From positions 106,494,397 to 106,558,396 of the forward strand of contig CM097887.1 in assembly GCA_044892525.1 (NCBI GenBank): a DNA stretch of 64,000 bases, in the 5' to 3' direction. The notes under the pieces were generated by a model. It had not been told where the DNA came from and ran no database searches. It was given only the letters and a program-made list of their open reading frames with translations. The position numbers and the translations under genes are program-made. Source of the stretch: Schmidtea polychroa (taxonomy: Eukaryota). Positions 8,941-23,345 of the stretch are shown here, piece by piece. Positions within the stretch are counted from its first letter, which is position 1, and each line of letters opens with the position of its first letter.

Positions 8941-11416
8941 ATGCTCATCCTATTTGAATATATGCCTGAAAGATTGAAAGATTCAAGTTGAAAGACCTGA
9001 AATTAGAAGACAATCACAAGAAAATATTATCCGGACAATTGATGTCCGGACTGCAATACTTGCATAATTTGAATATCGCCCACTGCAATATCAATCCAAA
9101 AGACATTTTCGATGATATGGCAGAATTAAGATTAAAGATTTCAAACTTTGGAGGACGAATAATAAAATTGCGCTTATCGTCATATTAGAAAATGACCAGC
9201 GAGTCGAGAGATTAGTGCTCAACCATGCTTATCTAAGTAGAAGATGGACAATCAAACCAGATACCGTGACAAAGGCGAACATTTCGTATTTGGAATTTAC
9301 GGAGAGAACCGGTTGGTATACAATATATCAAGAAATAGTAAATCTAATACCTCCCACAAAAGGAGAACTAACTGGCAAAGAAGGAAAGGCTAGATTAGTG
9401 AGTATTCCTGGTTGTAAAGGAATAAAGGCTTTGGATTGGTTTAGTATCAGAAAGGTAGCGAGTGTAAACCAGCCCCGCATAAATAAATTAATTAATAATT
9501 GTAGAGTTCAAAATACGTTAAACGGGACAACGAGAGATAAAACCTCAACTTGGTTATTCTTAATCATGATAGGGGGAGTAATTTGCATGATTTTAATTTT
9601 GATATTAACCACCCTATGGATGCTTAGATTAAATATGCGGGATATTCGTTATTGGGAAATTATTTACGAAACCGAGGTATAGGGGGAAAGTCTCACCATA
9701 TACTAGGAAGTGTAAATATATATTTTATCTATTTTATATGTTATTTATATTAGTATGTAAACTAATGTGGGCTCAAATGAGCATCGGTAAAATCAGACAT
9801 CAGCGTATGTCGACTTTGGTTACCCTGCGAGGGTCTATCACGAAAGTGATAAAAGCTGTTAATTATTTTATTTTTAGAAAAATGAATTATAACAGAGAAC
9901 CAAAACCACCAGTCAAAGCAAATCGACGACACCCATTGGCAACGTACAATTCCCAGACTCGAGTTGAAACTGAAGTATATAGTACATACAAAGAAGAGTA
10001 CGTATACAGGTTCATCGGAACTACGGTCGCAGCAAAAATGAATCACCTCACCTCAAACTATTGGTATTATCCCAGGAGAGTGGATATTCCAAACGATTTC
10101 AAATTCGCAGGAGGGCCTCGAAAGCAAATGATGATAACGGTTATAAATAACCAAGGTAGATTAAAATTGGCGGAACTATGTAGAGATTATGGTTCATGTC
10201 CGAAATTGGAAAACATTTGGATCCATGCGATCAATAGGCCATTCACTGTGTTTATGGCGGGATTAGAGTTACCTGTTGAATTAGAAAAACAGTGTACTCT
10301 GGAGATATACCACGCTGATGGACGAGAACGGAATATTATGATCCAGGCAGCAGCAGTTGATACCATAATCGCAGTAGAAATCTTGGATTTCAGGAAGCCA
10401 TACTCTATAGTTAGCAAAAACGAGCCAACTTGGATTTACAATGTAAATAAAGTTGATATACAGCAGTGTAAATCATTTGTGAGGAAGAAGTTAACCAAAG
10501 CCGAGGAGGACGAGGCTACAATTTTCATATCGGCAGGTTTTGCCAAATCCCGAATCGAACTGAAGGAGACAATTATCCAAATCGCAATTATGGATATGAG
10601 GGGAAATAATTTATTGAGTGCGGTAGTGACTCCCAGAGACCCTGTAAAACACTACCAAACGCACCAATACAAGTTAAAGGAACCTGATATTAGAGGAAAC
10701 CTCGACGAAGATGATTGTTATCCTCTGATAAGATCTGCGATAAGAAAATACTTGTAGGTATTTTGCTTAAAGATCTGATCTCGGTAGCCAATCTACCAGT
10801 GCAGCGGATACTGAGTATTCGTGACCTTTCTGCAAATAAACTATTGGAAACCAGAGGAGTCCCAATGATTCATGGTCATTACAGATTGGGATTCCCGACG
10901 AAAACTTTCCTGCGTACGGTTCCCGGAGAACCAAGGAATTTAGTGGTCACCAATGAGGCACTGGCGATACGTGCGGTTTATTTACATCTCAGAAACGAAT
11001 GGTTAGACCATATCACGAAACCCCAGGAGGAATTCATTTCCGTAACTACAGCAGCGATAGTTGAGCAGGAAATGACGCAAAAGAGGAGATTACCCGAGCA
11101 ACCATCTACATCAGGGCAACCCAAGCCTAAGAGAAAATCACCTGTGGACTTACCACCGCCTCCAGCTATATCTATTGGAGAAGAAGATGAATATGAAACA
11201 TGCGTTAGCGAAACGGAGACAGCAAAATCACCCAAACAATCATCGGGAGCTGCCTATCAGCCAAAGGATAAATCGGAAAATGCGGTCAGAAAAGAAAATC
11301 CAGAAGGAGGCAAGGTGAAAAAGATGTTAAAGAAAATATTACCCATAAAAAGACAATTTTTTCAAATTTGTCAGACTTCCCGCCAACGGAAATTCTTCAA
11401 CGATGTCTTATTTTAA
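8941..11416 (+). other. Coding cassette copy 4
   Basis: Same ORFs at +8643. Confidence 0.9.
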
Positions 11417-11821
11417 AGCTCATTGCAATACCTTTCGAATGTGGTATAGAAATCCATATTATCAATATTATTGGTAAAGATATTATTTTTTCAAAATATT
11501 ATTTTTTCAAGGTCATTTATATTTTCAAGGTCATTTATATTTTCAAGGTCATTCATATTTTCAAGGTCATATTTTAAAATTTAAATTTTTAGAGTTCCCA
11601 CCAATGGAATTTATTGGCCGATGGCTAATTTTGAAGCCCACTGCAATACCTTTCGAATGACGTATAGATATTCATATTATCATTATTATTAATAAAGATA
11701 TTATTTTTTCAAAATATTATTTTTCAAGGTCGTTTATTTTTTCAAGGTTCAAAATCTGTTCAAAGCTACTGTTTTAGTCAATACGAACCAGATGAAATAA
11801 TCGGTTCCATCGCCAAAAGTG

Positions 11822-14297
11822 ATGCTCATCCTATTTGAATATATGCCTGAAAGATTGAAAGATTCAAGTTGAAAGACCTGAAATTAGAAGACAATCACAA
11901 GAAAATATTATCCGGACAATTGATGTCCGGACTGCAATACTTGCATAATTTGAATATCGCCCACTGCAATATCAATCCAAAAGACATTTTCGATGATATG
12001 GCAGAATTAAGATTAAAGATTTCAAACTTTGGAGGACGAATAATAAAATTGCGCTTATCGTCATATTAGAAAATGACCAGCGAGTCGAGAGATTAGTGCT
12101 CAACCATGCTTATCTAAGTAGAAGATGGACAATCAAACCAGATACCGTGACAAAGGCGAACATTTCGTATTTGGAATTTACGGAGAGAACCGGTTGGTAT
12201 ACAATATATCAAGAAATAGTAAATCTAATACCTCCCACAAAAGGAGAACTAACTGGCAAAGAAGGAAAGGCTAGATTAGTGAGTATTCCTGGTTGTAAAG
12301 GAATAAAGGCTTTGGATTGGTTTAGTATCAGAAAGGTAGCGAGTGTAAACCAGCCCCGCATAAATAAATTAATTAATAATTGTAGAGTTCAAAATACGTT
12401 AAACGGGACAACGAGAGATAAAACCTCAACTTGGTTATTCTTAATCATGATAGGGGGAGTAATTTGCATGATTTTAATTTTGATATTAACCACCCTATGG
12501 ATGCTTAGATTAAATATGCGGGATATTCGTTATTGGGAAATTATTTACGAAACCGAGGTATAGGGGGAAAGTCTCACCATATACTAGGAAGTGTAAATAT
12601 ATATTTTATCTATTTTATATGTTATTTATATTAGTATGTAAACTAATGTGGGCTCAAATGAGCATCGGTAAAATCAGACATCAGCGTATGTCGACTTTGG
12701 TTACCCTGCGAGGGTCTATCACGAAAGTGATAAAAGCTGTTAATTATTTTATTTTTAGAAAAATGAATTATAACAGAGAACCAAAACCACCAGTCAAAGC
12801 AAATCGACGACACCCATTGGCAACGTACAATTCCCAGACTCGAGTTGAAACTGAAGTATATAGTACATACAAAGAAGAGTACGTATACAGGTTCATCGGA
12901 ACTACGGTCGCAGCAAAAATGAATCACCTCACCTCAAACTATTGGTATTATCCCAGGAGAGTGGATATTCCAAATGATTTCAAATTCGCAGGAGGGCCTC
13001 GAAAGCAAATGATGATAACGGTTATAAATAACCAAGGTAGATTAAAATTGGCGGAACTATGTAGAGATTATGGTTCATGTCCGAAATTGGAAAACATTTG
13101 GATCCATGCGATCAATAGGCCATTCACTGTGTTTATGGCGGGATTAGAGTTACCTGTTGAATTAGAAAAACAGTGTACCCTGGAGATATACCACGCTGAT
13201 GGACGAGAACGGAATATTATGATCCAGGCAGCAGCAGTTGATACCATAATCGCAGTAGAAATCTTGGATTTCAGGAAGCCATACTCTATAGTTAGCAAAA
13301 ACGAGCCAACTTGGATTTACAATGTAAATAAAGTTGATATACAGCAGTGTAAATCATTTGTGAGGAAGAAGTTAACCAAAGCCGAGGAGGACGAGGCTAC
13401 AATTTTCATATCGGCAGGTTTTGCCAAATCCCGAATCGAACTGAAGGAGACAATTATCCAAATCGCAATTATGGATATGAGGGGAAATAATTTATTGAGT
13501 GCGGTAGTGACTCCCAGAGACCCTGTAAAACACTACCAAACGCACCAATACAAGTTAAAGGAACCTGATATTAGAGGAAACCTCGACGAAGATGATTGTT
13601 ATCCTCTGATAAGATCTGCGATAAGAAAATACTTGTAGGTATTTTGCTTAAAGATCTGATCTCGGTAGCCAATCTACCAGTGCAGCGGATACTGAGTATT
13701 CGTGACCTTTCTGCAAATAAACTATTGGAAACCAGAGGAGTCCCAATGATTCATGGTCATTACAGATTGGGATTCCCGACGAAAACTTTCCTGCGTACGG
13801 TTCCCGGAGAACCAAGGAATTTAGTGGTCACCAATGAGGCACTGGCGATACGTGCGGTTTATTTACATCTCAGAAACGAATGGTTAGACCATATCACGAA
13901 ACCCCAGGAGGAATTCATTTCCGTAACTACAGCAGCGATAGTTGAGCAGGAAATGACGCAAAAGAGGAGATTACCCGAGCAACCATCTACATCAGGGCAA
14001 CCCAAGCCTAAGAGAAAATCACCTGTGGACTTACCACCGCCTCCAGCTATATCTATTGGAGAAGAAGATGAATATGAAACATGCGTTAGCGAAACGGAGA
14101 CAGCAAAATCACCCAAACAATCATCGGGAGCTGCCTATCAGCCAAAGGATAAATCGGAAAATGCGGTCAGAAAAGAAAATCCAGAAGGAGGCAAGGTGAA
14201 AAAGATGTTAAAGAAAATATTACCCATAAAAAGACAATTTTTTCAAATTTGTCAGACTTCCAGCCAACGGAAATTCTTCAACGATGTCTTATTTTAA
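11822..14297 (+). other. Coding cassette copy 5
   Basis: Same ORFs at +11524. Confidence 0.9.
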
Positions 14298-14702
14298 AGC
14301 TCATTGCAATACCTTTCGAATGTGGTATAGAAATCCATATTATCAATATTATTGGTAAAGATATTATTTTTTCAAAATATTATTTTTTCAAGGTCATTTA
14401 TATTTTCAAGGTCATTTATATTTTCAAGGTCATTCATATTTTCAAGGTCATATTTTAAAATTTAAATTTTTAGAGTTCCCACCAATGGAATTTATTGGCC
14501 GATGGCTAATTTTGAAGCCCACTGCAATACCTTTCGAATGACGTATAGATATTCATATTATCATTATTATTAATAAAGATATTATTTTTTCAAAATATTA
14601 TTTTTCAAGGTCGTTTATTTTTTCAAGGTTCAAAATCTGTTCAAAGCTACTGTTTTAGTCAATACGAACCAGATGAAATAATCGGTTCCATCGCCAAAAG
14701 TG

Positions 14703-17178
14703 ATGCTCATCCTATTTGAATATATGCCTGAAAGATTGAAAGATTCAAGTTGAAAGACCTGAAATTAGAAGACAATCACAAGAAAATATTATCCGGACAA
14801 TTGATGTCCGGACTGCAATACTTGCATAATTTGAATATCGCCCACTGCAATATCAATCCAAAAGACATTTTCGATGATATGGCAGAATTAAGATTAAAGA
14901 TTTCAAACTTTGGAGGACGAATAATAAAATTGCGCTTATCGTCATATTAGAAAATGACCAGCGAGTCGAGAGATTAGTGCTCAACCATGCTTATCTAAGT
15001 AGAAGATGGACAATCAAACCAGATACCGTGACAAAGGCGAACATTTCGTATTTGGAATTTACGGAGAGAACCGGTTGGTATACAATATATCAAGAAATAG
15101 TAAATCTAATACCTCCCACAAAAGGAGAACTAACTGGCAAAGAAGGAAAGGCTAGATTAGTGAGTATTCCTGGTTGTAAAGGAATAAAGGCTTTGGATTG
15201 GTTTAGTATCAGAAAGGTAGCGAGTGTAAACCAGCCCCGCATAAATAAATTAATTAATAATTGTAGAGTTCAAAATACGTTAAACGGGACAACGAGAGAT
15301 AAAACCTCAACTTGGTTATTCTTAATCATGATAGGGGGAGTAATTTGCATGATTTTAATTTTGATATTAACCACCCTATGGATGCTTAGATTAAATATGC
15401 GGGATATTCGTTATTGGGAAATTATTTACGAAACCGAGGTATAGGGGGAAAGTCTCACCATATACTAGGAAGTGTAAATATATATTTTATCTATTTTATA
15501 TGTTATTTATATTAGTATGTAAACTAATGTGGGCTCAAATGAGCATCGGTAAAATCAGACATCAGCGTATGTCGACTTTGGTTACCCTGCGAGGGTCTAT
15601 CACGAAAGTGATAAAAGCTGTTAATTATTTTATTTTTAGAAAAATGAATTATAACAGAGAACCAAAACCACCAGTCAAAGCAAATCGACGACACCCATTG
15701 GCAACGTACAATTCCCAGACTCGAGTTGAAACTGAAGTATATAGTACATACAAAGAAGAGTACGTATACAGGTTCATCGGAACTACGGTCGCAGCAAAAA
15801 TGAATCACCTCACCTCAAACTATTGGTATTATCCCAGGAGAGTGGATATTCCAAATGATTTCAAATTCGCAGGAGGGCCTCGAAAGCAAATGATGATAAC
15901 GGTTATAAATAACCAAGGTAGATTAAAATTGGCGGAACTATGTAGAGATTATGGTTCATGTCCGAAATTGGAAAACATTTGGATCCATGCGATCAATAGG
16001 CCATTCACTGTGTTTATGGCGGGATTAGAGTTACCTGTTGAATTAGAAAAACAGTGTACCCTGGAGATATACCACGCTGATGGACGAGAACGGAATATTA
16101 TGATCCAGGCAGCAGCAGTTGATACCATAATCGCAGTAGAAATCTTGGATTTCAGGAAGCCATACTCTATAGTTAGCAAAAACGAGCCAACTTGGATTTA
16201 CAATGTAAATAAAGTTGATATACAGCAGTGTAAATCATTTGTGAGGAAGAAGTTAACCAAAGCCGAGGAGGACGAGGCTACAATTTTCATATCGGCAGGT
16301 TTTGCCAAATCCCGAATCGAACTGAAGGAGACAATTATCCAAATCGCAATTATGGATATGAGGGGAAATAATTTATTGAGTGCGGTAGTGACTCCCAGAG
16401 ACCCTGTAAAACACTACCAAACGCACCAATACAAGTTAAAGGAACCTGATATTAGAGGAAACCTCGACGAAGATGATTGTTATCCTCTGATAAGATCTGC
16501 GATAAGAAAATACTTGTAGGTATTTTGCTTAAAGATCTGATCTCGGTAGCCAATCTACCAGTGCAGCGGATACTGAGTATTCGTGACCTTTCTGCAAATA
16601 AACTATTGGAAACCAGAGGAGTCCCAATGATTCATGGTCATTACAGATTGGGATTCCCGACGAAAACTTTCCTGCGTACGGTTCCCGGAGAACCAAGGAA
16701 TTTAGTGGTCACCAATGAGGCACTGGCGATACGTGCGGTTTATTTACATCTCAGAAACGAATGGTTAGACCATATCACGAAACCCCAGGAGGAATTCATT
16801 TCCGTAACTACAGCAGCGATAGTTGAGCAGGAAATGACGCAAAAGAGGAGATTACCCGAGCAACCATCTACATCAGGGCAACCCAAGCCTAAGAGAAAAT
16901 CACCTGTGGACTTACCACCGCCTCCAGCTATATCTATTGGAGAAGAAGATGAATATGAAACATGCGTTAGCGAAACGGAGACAGCAAAATCACCCAAACA
17001 ATCATCGGGAGCTGCCTATCAGCCAAAGGATAAATCAGAAAATGCGGTCAGAAAAGAAAATCCAGAAGGAGGCAAGGTGAAAAAGATGTTAAAGAAAATA
17101 TTACCCATAAAAAGACAATTTTTTCAAATTTGTCAGACTTCCAGCCAACGGAAATTCTTCAACGATGTCTTATTTTAA
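14703..17178 (+). other. Coding cassette copy 6
   Basis: Same ORFs at +14405. Confidence 0.9.
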
Positions 17179-17583
17179 AGCTCATTGCAATACCTTTCGA
17201 ATGTGGTATAGAAATCCATATTATCAATATTATTGGTAAAGATATTATTTTTTCAAAATATTATTTTTTCAAGGTCATTTATATTTTCAAGGTCATTTAT
17301 ATTTTCAAGGTCATTCATATTTTCAAGGTCATATTTTAAAATTTAAATTTTTAGAGTTCCCACCAATGGAATTTATTGGCCGATGGCTAATTTTGAAGCC
17401 CACTGCAATACCTTTCGAATGACGTATAGATATTCATATTATCATTATTATTAATAAAGATATTATTTTTTCAAAATATTATTTTTCAAGGTCGTTTATT
17501 TTTTCAAGGTTCAAAATCTGTTCAAAGCTACTGTTTTAGTCAATACGAACCAGATGAAATAATCGGTTCCATCGCCAAAAGTG

Positions 17584-20059
17584 ATGCTCATCCTATTTGA
17601 ATATATGCCTGAAAGATTGAAAGATTCAAGTTGAAAGACCTGAAATTAGAAGACAATCACAAGAAAATATTATCCGGACAATTGATGTCCGGACTGCAAT
17701 ACTTGCATAATTTGAATATCGCCCACTGCAATATCAATCCAAAAGACATTTTCGATGATATGGCAGAATTAAGATTAAAGATTTCAAACTTTGGAGGACG
17801 AATAATAAAATTGCGCTTATCGTCATATTAGAAAATGACCAGCGAGTCGAGAGATTAGTGCTCAACCATGCTTATCTAAGTAGAAGATGGACAATCAAAC
17901 CAGATACCGTGACAAAGGCGAACATTTCGTATTTGGAATTTACGGAGAGAACCGGTTGGTATACAATATATCAAGAAATAGTAAATCTAATACCTCCCAC
18001 AAAAGGAGAACTAACTGGCAAAGAAGGAAAGGCTAGATTAGTGAGTATTCCTGGTTGTAAAGGAATAAAGGCTTTGGATTGGTTTAGTATCAGAAAGGTA
18101 GCGAGTGTAAACCAGCCCCGCATAAATAAATTAATTAATAATTGTAGAGTTCAAAATACGTTAAACGGGACAACGAGAGATAAAACCTCAACTTGGTTAT
18201 TCTTAATCATGATAGGGGGAGTAATTTGCATGATTTTAATTTTGATATTAACCACCCTATGGATGCTTAGATTAAATATGCGGGATATTCGTTATTGGGA
18301 AATTATTTACGAAACCGAGGTATAGGGGGAAAGTCTCACCATATACTAGGAAGTGTAAATATATATTTTATCTATTTTATATGTTATTTATATTAGTATG
18401 TAAACTAATGTGGGCTCAAATGAGCATCGGTAAAATCAGACATCAGCGTATGTCGACTTTGGTTACCCTGCGAGGGTCTATCACGAAAGTGATAAAAGCT
18501 GTTAATTATTTTATTTTTAGAAAAATGAATTATAACAGAGAACCAAAACCACCAGTCAAAGCAAATCGACGACACCCATTGGCAACGTACAATTCCCAGA
18601 CTCGAGTTGAAACTGAAGTATATAGTACATACAAAGAAGAGTACGTATACAGGTTCATCGGAACTACGGTCGCAGCAAAAATGAATCACCTCACCTCAAA
18701 CTATTGGTATTATCCCAGGAGAGTGGATATTCCAAACGATTTCAAATTCGCAGGAGGGCCTCGAAAGCAAATGATGATAACGGTTATAAATAACCAAGGT
18801 AGATTAAAATTGGCGGAACTATGTAGAGATTATGGTTCATGTCCGAAATTGGAAAACATTTGGATCCATGCGATCAATAGGCCATTCACTGTGTTTATGG
18901 CGGGATTAGAGTTACCTGTTGAATTAGAAAAACAGTGTACTCTGGAGATATACCACGCTGATGGACGAGAACGGAATATTATGATCCAGGCAGCAGCAGT
19001 TGATACCATAATCGCAGTAGAAATCTTGGATTTCAGGAAGCCATACTCTATAGTTAGCAAAAACGAGCCAACTTGGATTTACAATGTAAATAAAGTTGAT
19101 ATACAGCAGTGTAAATCATTTGTGAGGAAGAAGTTAACCAAAGCCGAGGAGGACGAGGCTACAATTTTCATATCGGCAGGTTTTGCCAAATCCCGAATCG
19201 AACTGAAGGAGACAATTATCCAAATCGCAATTATGGATATGAGGGGAAATAATTTATTGAGTGCGGTAGTGACTCCCAGAGACCCTGTAAAACACTACCA
19301 AACGCACCAATACAAGTTAAAGGAACCTGATATTAGAGGAAACCTCGACGAAGATGATTGTTATCCTCTGATAAGATCTGCGATAAGAAAATACTTGTAG
19401 GTATTTTGCTTAAAGATCTGATCTCGGTAGCCAATCTACCAGTGCAGCGGATACTGAGTATTCGTGACCTTTCTGCAAATAAACTATTGGAAACCAGAGG
19501 AGTCCCAATGATTCATGGTCATTACAGATTGGGATTCCCGACGAAAACTTTCCTGCGTACGGTTCCCGGAGAACCAAGGAATTTAGTGGTCACCAATGAG
19601 GCACTGGCGATACGTGCGGTTTATTTACATCTCAGAAACGAATGGTTAGACCATATCACGAAACCCCAGGAGGAATTCATTTCCGTAACTACAGCAGCGA
19701 TAGTTGAGCAGGAAATGACGCAAAAGAGGAGATTACCCGAGCAACCATCTACATCAGGGCAACCCAAGCCTAAGAGAAAATCACCTGTGGACTTACCACC
19801 GCCTCCAGCTATATCTATTGGAGAAGAAGATGAATATGAAACATGCGTTAGCGAAACGGAGACAGCAAAATCACCCAAACAATCATCGGGAGCTGCCTAT
19901 CAGCCAAAGGATAAATCGGAAAATGCGGTCAGAAAAGAAAATCCAGAAGGAGGCAAGGTGAAAAAGATGTTAAAGAAAATATTACCCATAAAAAGACAAT
20001 TTTTTCAAATTTGTCAGACTTCCCGCCAACGGAAATTCTTCAACGATGTCTTATTTTAA
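17584..20059 (+). other. Coding cassette copy 7
   Basis: Same ORFs at +17286. Confidence 0.9.
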
Positions 20060-20464
20060 AGCTCATTGCAATACCTTTCGAATGTGGTATAGAAATCCAT
20101 ATTATCAATATTATTGGTTAAGATATTATTTTTTCAAAATATTATTTTTTCAAGGTCATTTATATTTTCAAGGTCATTTATATTTTCAAGGTCATTCATA
20201 TTTTCAAGGTCATATTTTAAAATTTAAATTTTTAGAGTTCCCACCAATGGAATTTATTGGCCGATGGCTAATTTTGAAGCCCACTGCAATACCTTTCGAA
20301 TGACGTATAGATATTCATATTATCATTATTATTAATAAAGATATTATTTTTTCAAAATATTATTTTTCAAGGTCGTTTATTTTTTCAAGGTTCAAAATCT
20401 GTTCAAAGCTACTGTTTTAGTCAATACGAACCAGATGAAATAATCGGTTCCATCGCCAAAAGTG

Positions 20465-22940
20465 ATGCTCATCCTATTTGAATATATGCCTGAAAGATTG
20501 AAAGATTCAAGTTGAAAGACCTGAAATTAGAAGACAATCACAAGAAAATATTATCCGGACAATTGATGTCCGGACTGCAATACTTGCATAATTTGAATAT
20601 CGCCCACTGCAATATCAATCCAAAAGACATTTTCGATGATATGGCAGAATTAAGATTAAAGATTTCAAACTTTGGAGGACGAATAATAAAATTGCGCTTA
20701 TCGTCATATTAGAAAATGACCAGCGAGTCGAGAGATTAGTGCTCAACCATGCTTATCTAAGTAGAAGATGGACAATCAAACCAGATACCGTGACAAAGGC
20801 GAACATTTCGTATTTGGAATTTACGGAGAGAACCGGTTGGTATACAATATATCAAGAAATAGTAAATCTAATACCTCCCACAAAAGGAGAACTAACTGGC
20901 AAAGAAGGAAAGGCTAGATTAGTGAGTATTCCTGGTTGTAAAGGAATAAAGGCTTTGGATTGGTTTAGTATCAGAAAGGTAGCGAGTGTAAACCAGCCCC
21001 GCATAAATAAATTAATTAATAATTGTAGAGTTCAAAATACGTTAAACGGGACAACGAGAGATAAAACCTCAACTTGGTTATTCTTAATCATGATAGGGGG
21101 AGTAATTTGCATGATTTTAATTTTGATATTAACCACCCTATGGATGCTTAGATTAAATATGCGGGATATTCGTTATTGGGAAATTATTTACGAAACCGAG
21201 GTATAGGGGGAAAGTCTCACCATATACTAGGAAGTGTAAATATATATTTTATCTATTTTATATGTTATTTATATTAGTATGTAAACTAATGTGGGCTCAA
21301 ATGAGCATCGGTAAAATCAGACATCAGCGTATGTCGACTTTGGTTACCCTGCGAGGGTCTATCACGAAAGTGATAAAAGCTGTTAATTATTTTATTTTTA
21401 GAAAAATGAATTATAACAGAGAACCAAAACCACCAGTCAAAGCAAATCGACGACACCCATTGGCAACGTACAATTCCCAGACTCGAGTTGAAACTGAAGT
21501 ATATAGTACATACAAAGAAGAGTACGTATACAGGTTCATCGGAACTACGGTCGCAGCAAAAATGAATCACCTCACCTCAAACTATTGGTATTATCCCAGG
21601 AGAGTGGATATTCCAAATGATTTCAAATTCGCAGGAGGGCCTCGAAAGCAAATGATGATAACGGTTATAAATAACCAAGGTAGATTAAAATTGGCGGAAC
21701 TATGTAGAGATTATGGTTCATGTCCGAAATTGGAAAACATTTGGATCCATGCGATCAATAGGCCATTCACTGTGTTTATGGCGGGATTAGAGTTACCTGT
21801 TGAATTAGAAAAACAGTGTACCCTGGAGATATACCACGCTGATGGACGAGAACGGAATATTATGATCCAGGCAGCAGCAGTTGATACCATAATCGCAGTA
21901 GAAATCTTGGATTTCAGGAAGCCATACTCTATAGTTAGCAAAAACGAGCCAACTTGGATTTACAATGTAAATAAAGTTGATATACAGCAGTGTAAATCAT
22001 TTGTGAGGAAGAAGTTAACCAAAGCCGAGGAGGACGAGGCTACAATTTTCATATCGGCAGGTTTTGCCAAATCCCGAATCGAACTGAAGGAGACAATTAT
22101 CCAAATCGCAATTATGGATATGAGGGGAAATAATTTATTGAGTGCGGTAGTGACTCCCAGAGACCCTGTAAAACACTACCAAACGCACCAATACAAGTTA
22201 AAGGAACCTGATATTAGAGGAAACCTCGACGAAGATGATTGTTATCCTCTGATAAGATCTGCGATAAGAAAATACTTGTAGGTATTTTGCTTAAAGATCT
22301 GATCTCGGTAGCCAATCTACCAGTGCAGCGGATACTGAGTATTCGTGACCTTTCTGCAAATAAACTATTGGAAACCAGAGGAGTCCCAATGATTCATGGT
22401 CATTACAGATTGGGATTCCCGACGAAAACTTTCCTGCGTACGGTTCCCGGAGAACCAAGGAATTTAGTGGTCACCAATGAGGCACTGGCGATACGTGCGG
22501 TTTATTTACATCTCAGAAACGAATGGTTAGACCATATCACGAAACCCCAGGAGGAATTCATTTCCGTAACTACAGCAGCGATAGTTGAGCAGGAAATGAC
22601 GCAAAAGAGGAGATTACCCGAGCAACCATCTACATCAGGGCAACCCAAGCCTAAGAGAAAATCACCTGTGGACTTACCACCGCCTCCAGCTATATCTATT
22701 GGAGAAGAAGATGAATATGAAACATGCGTTAGCGAAACGGAGACAGCAAAATCACCCAAACAATCATCGGGAGCTGCCTATCAGCCAAAGGATAAATCGG
22801 AAAATGCGGTCAGAAAAGAAAATCCAGAAGGAGGCAAGGTGAAAAAGATGTTAAAGAAAATATTACCCATAAAAAGACAATTTTTTCAAATTTGTCAGAC
22901 TTCCCGCCAACGGAAATTCTTCAACGATGTCTTATTTTAA
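20465..22940 (+). other. Coding cassette copy 8
   Basis: Same ORFs at +20167. Confidence 0.9.
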
Positions 22941-23345
22941 AGCTCATTGCAATACCTTTCGAATGTGGTATAGAAATCCATATTATCAATATTATTGGTA
23001 AAGATATTATTTTTTCAAAATATTATTTTTTCAAGGTCATTTATATTTTCAAGGTCATTTATATTTTCAAGGTCATTCATATTTTCAAGGTCATATTTTA
23101 AAATTTAAATTTTTAGAGTTCCCACCAATGGAATTTATTGGCCGATGGCTAATTTTGAAGCCCACTGCAATACCTTTCGAATGACGTATAGATATTCATA
23201 TTATCATTATTATTAATAAAGATATTATTTTTTCAAAATATTATTTTTCAAGGTCGTTTATTTTTTCAAGGTTCAAAATCTGTTCAAAGCTACTGTTTTA
23301 GTCAATACGAACCAGATGAAATAATCGGTTCCATCGCCAAAAGTG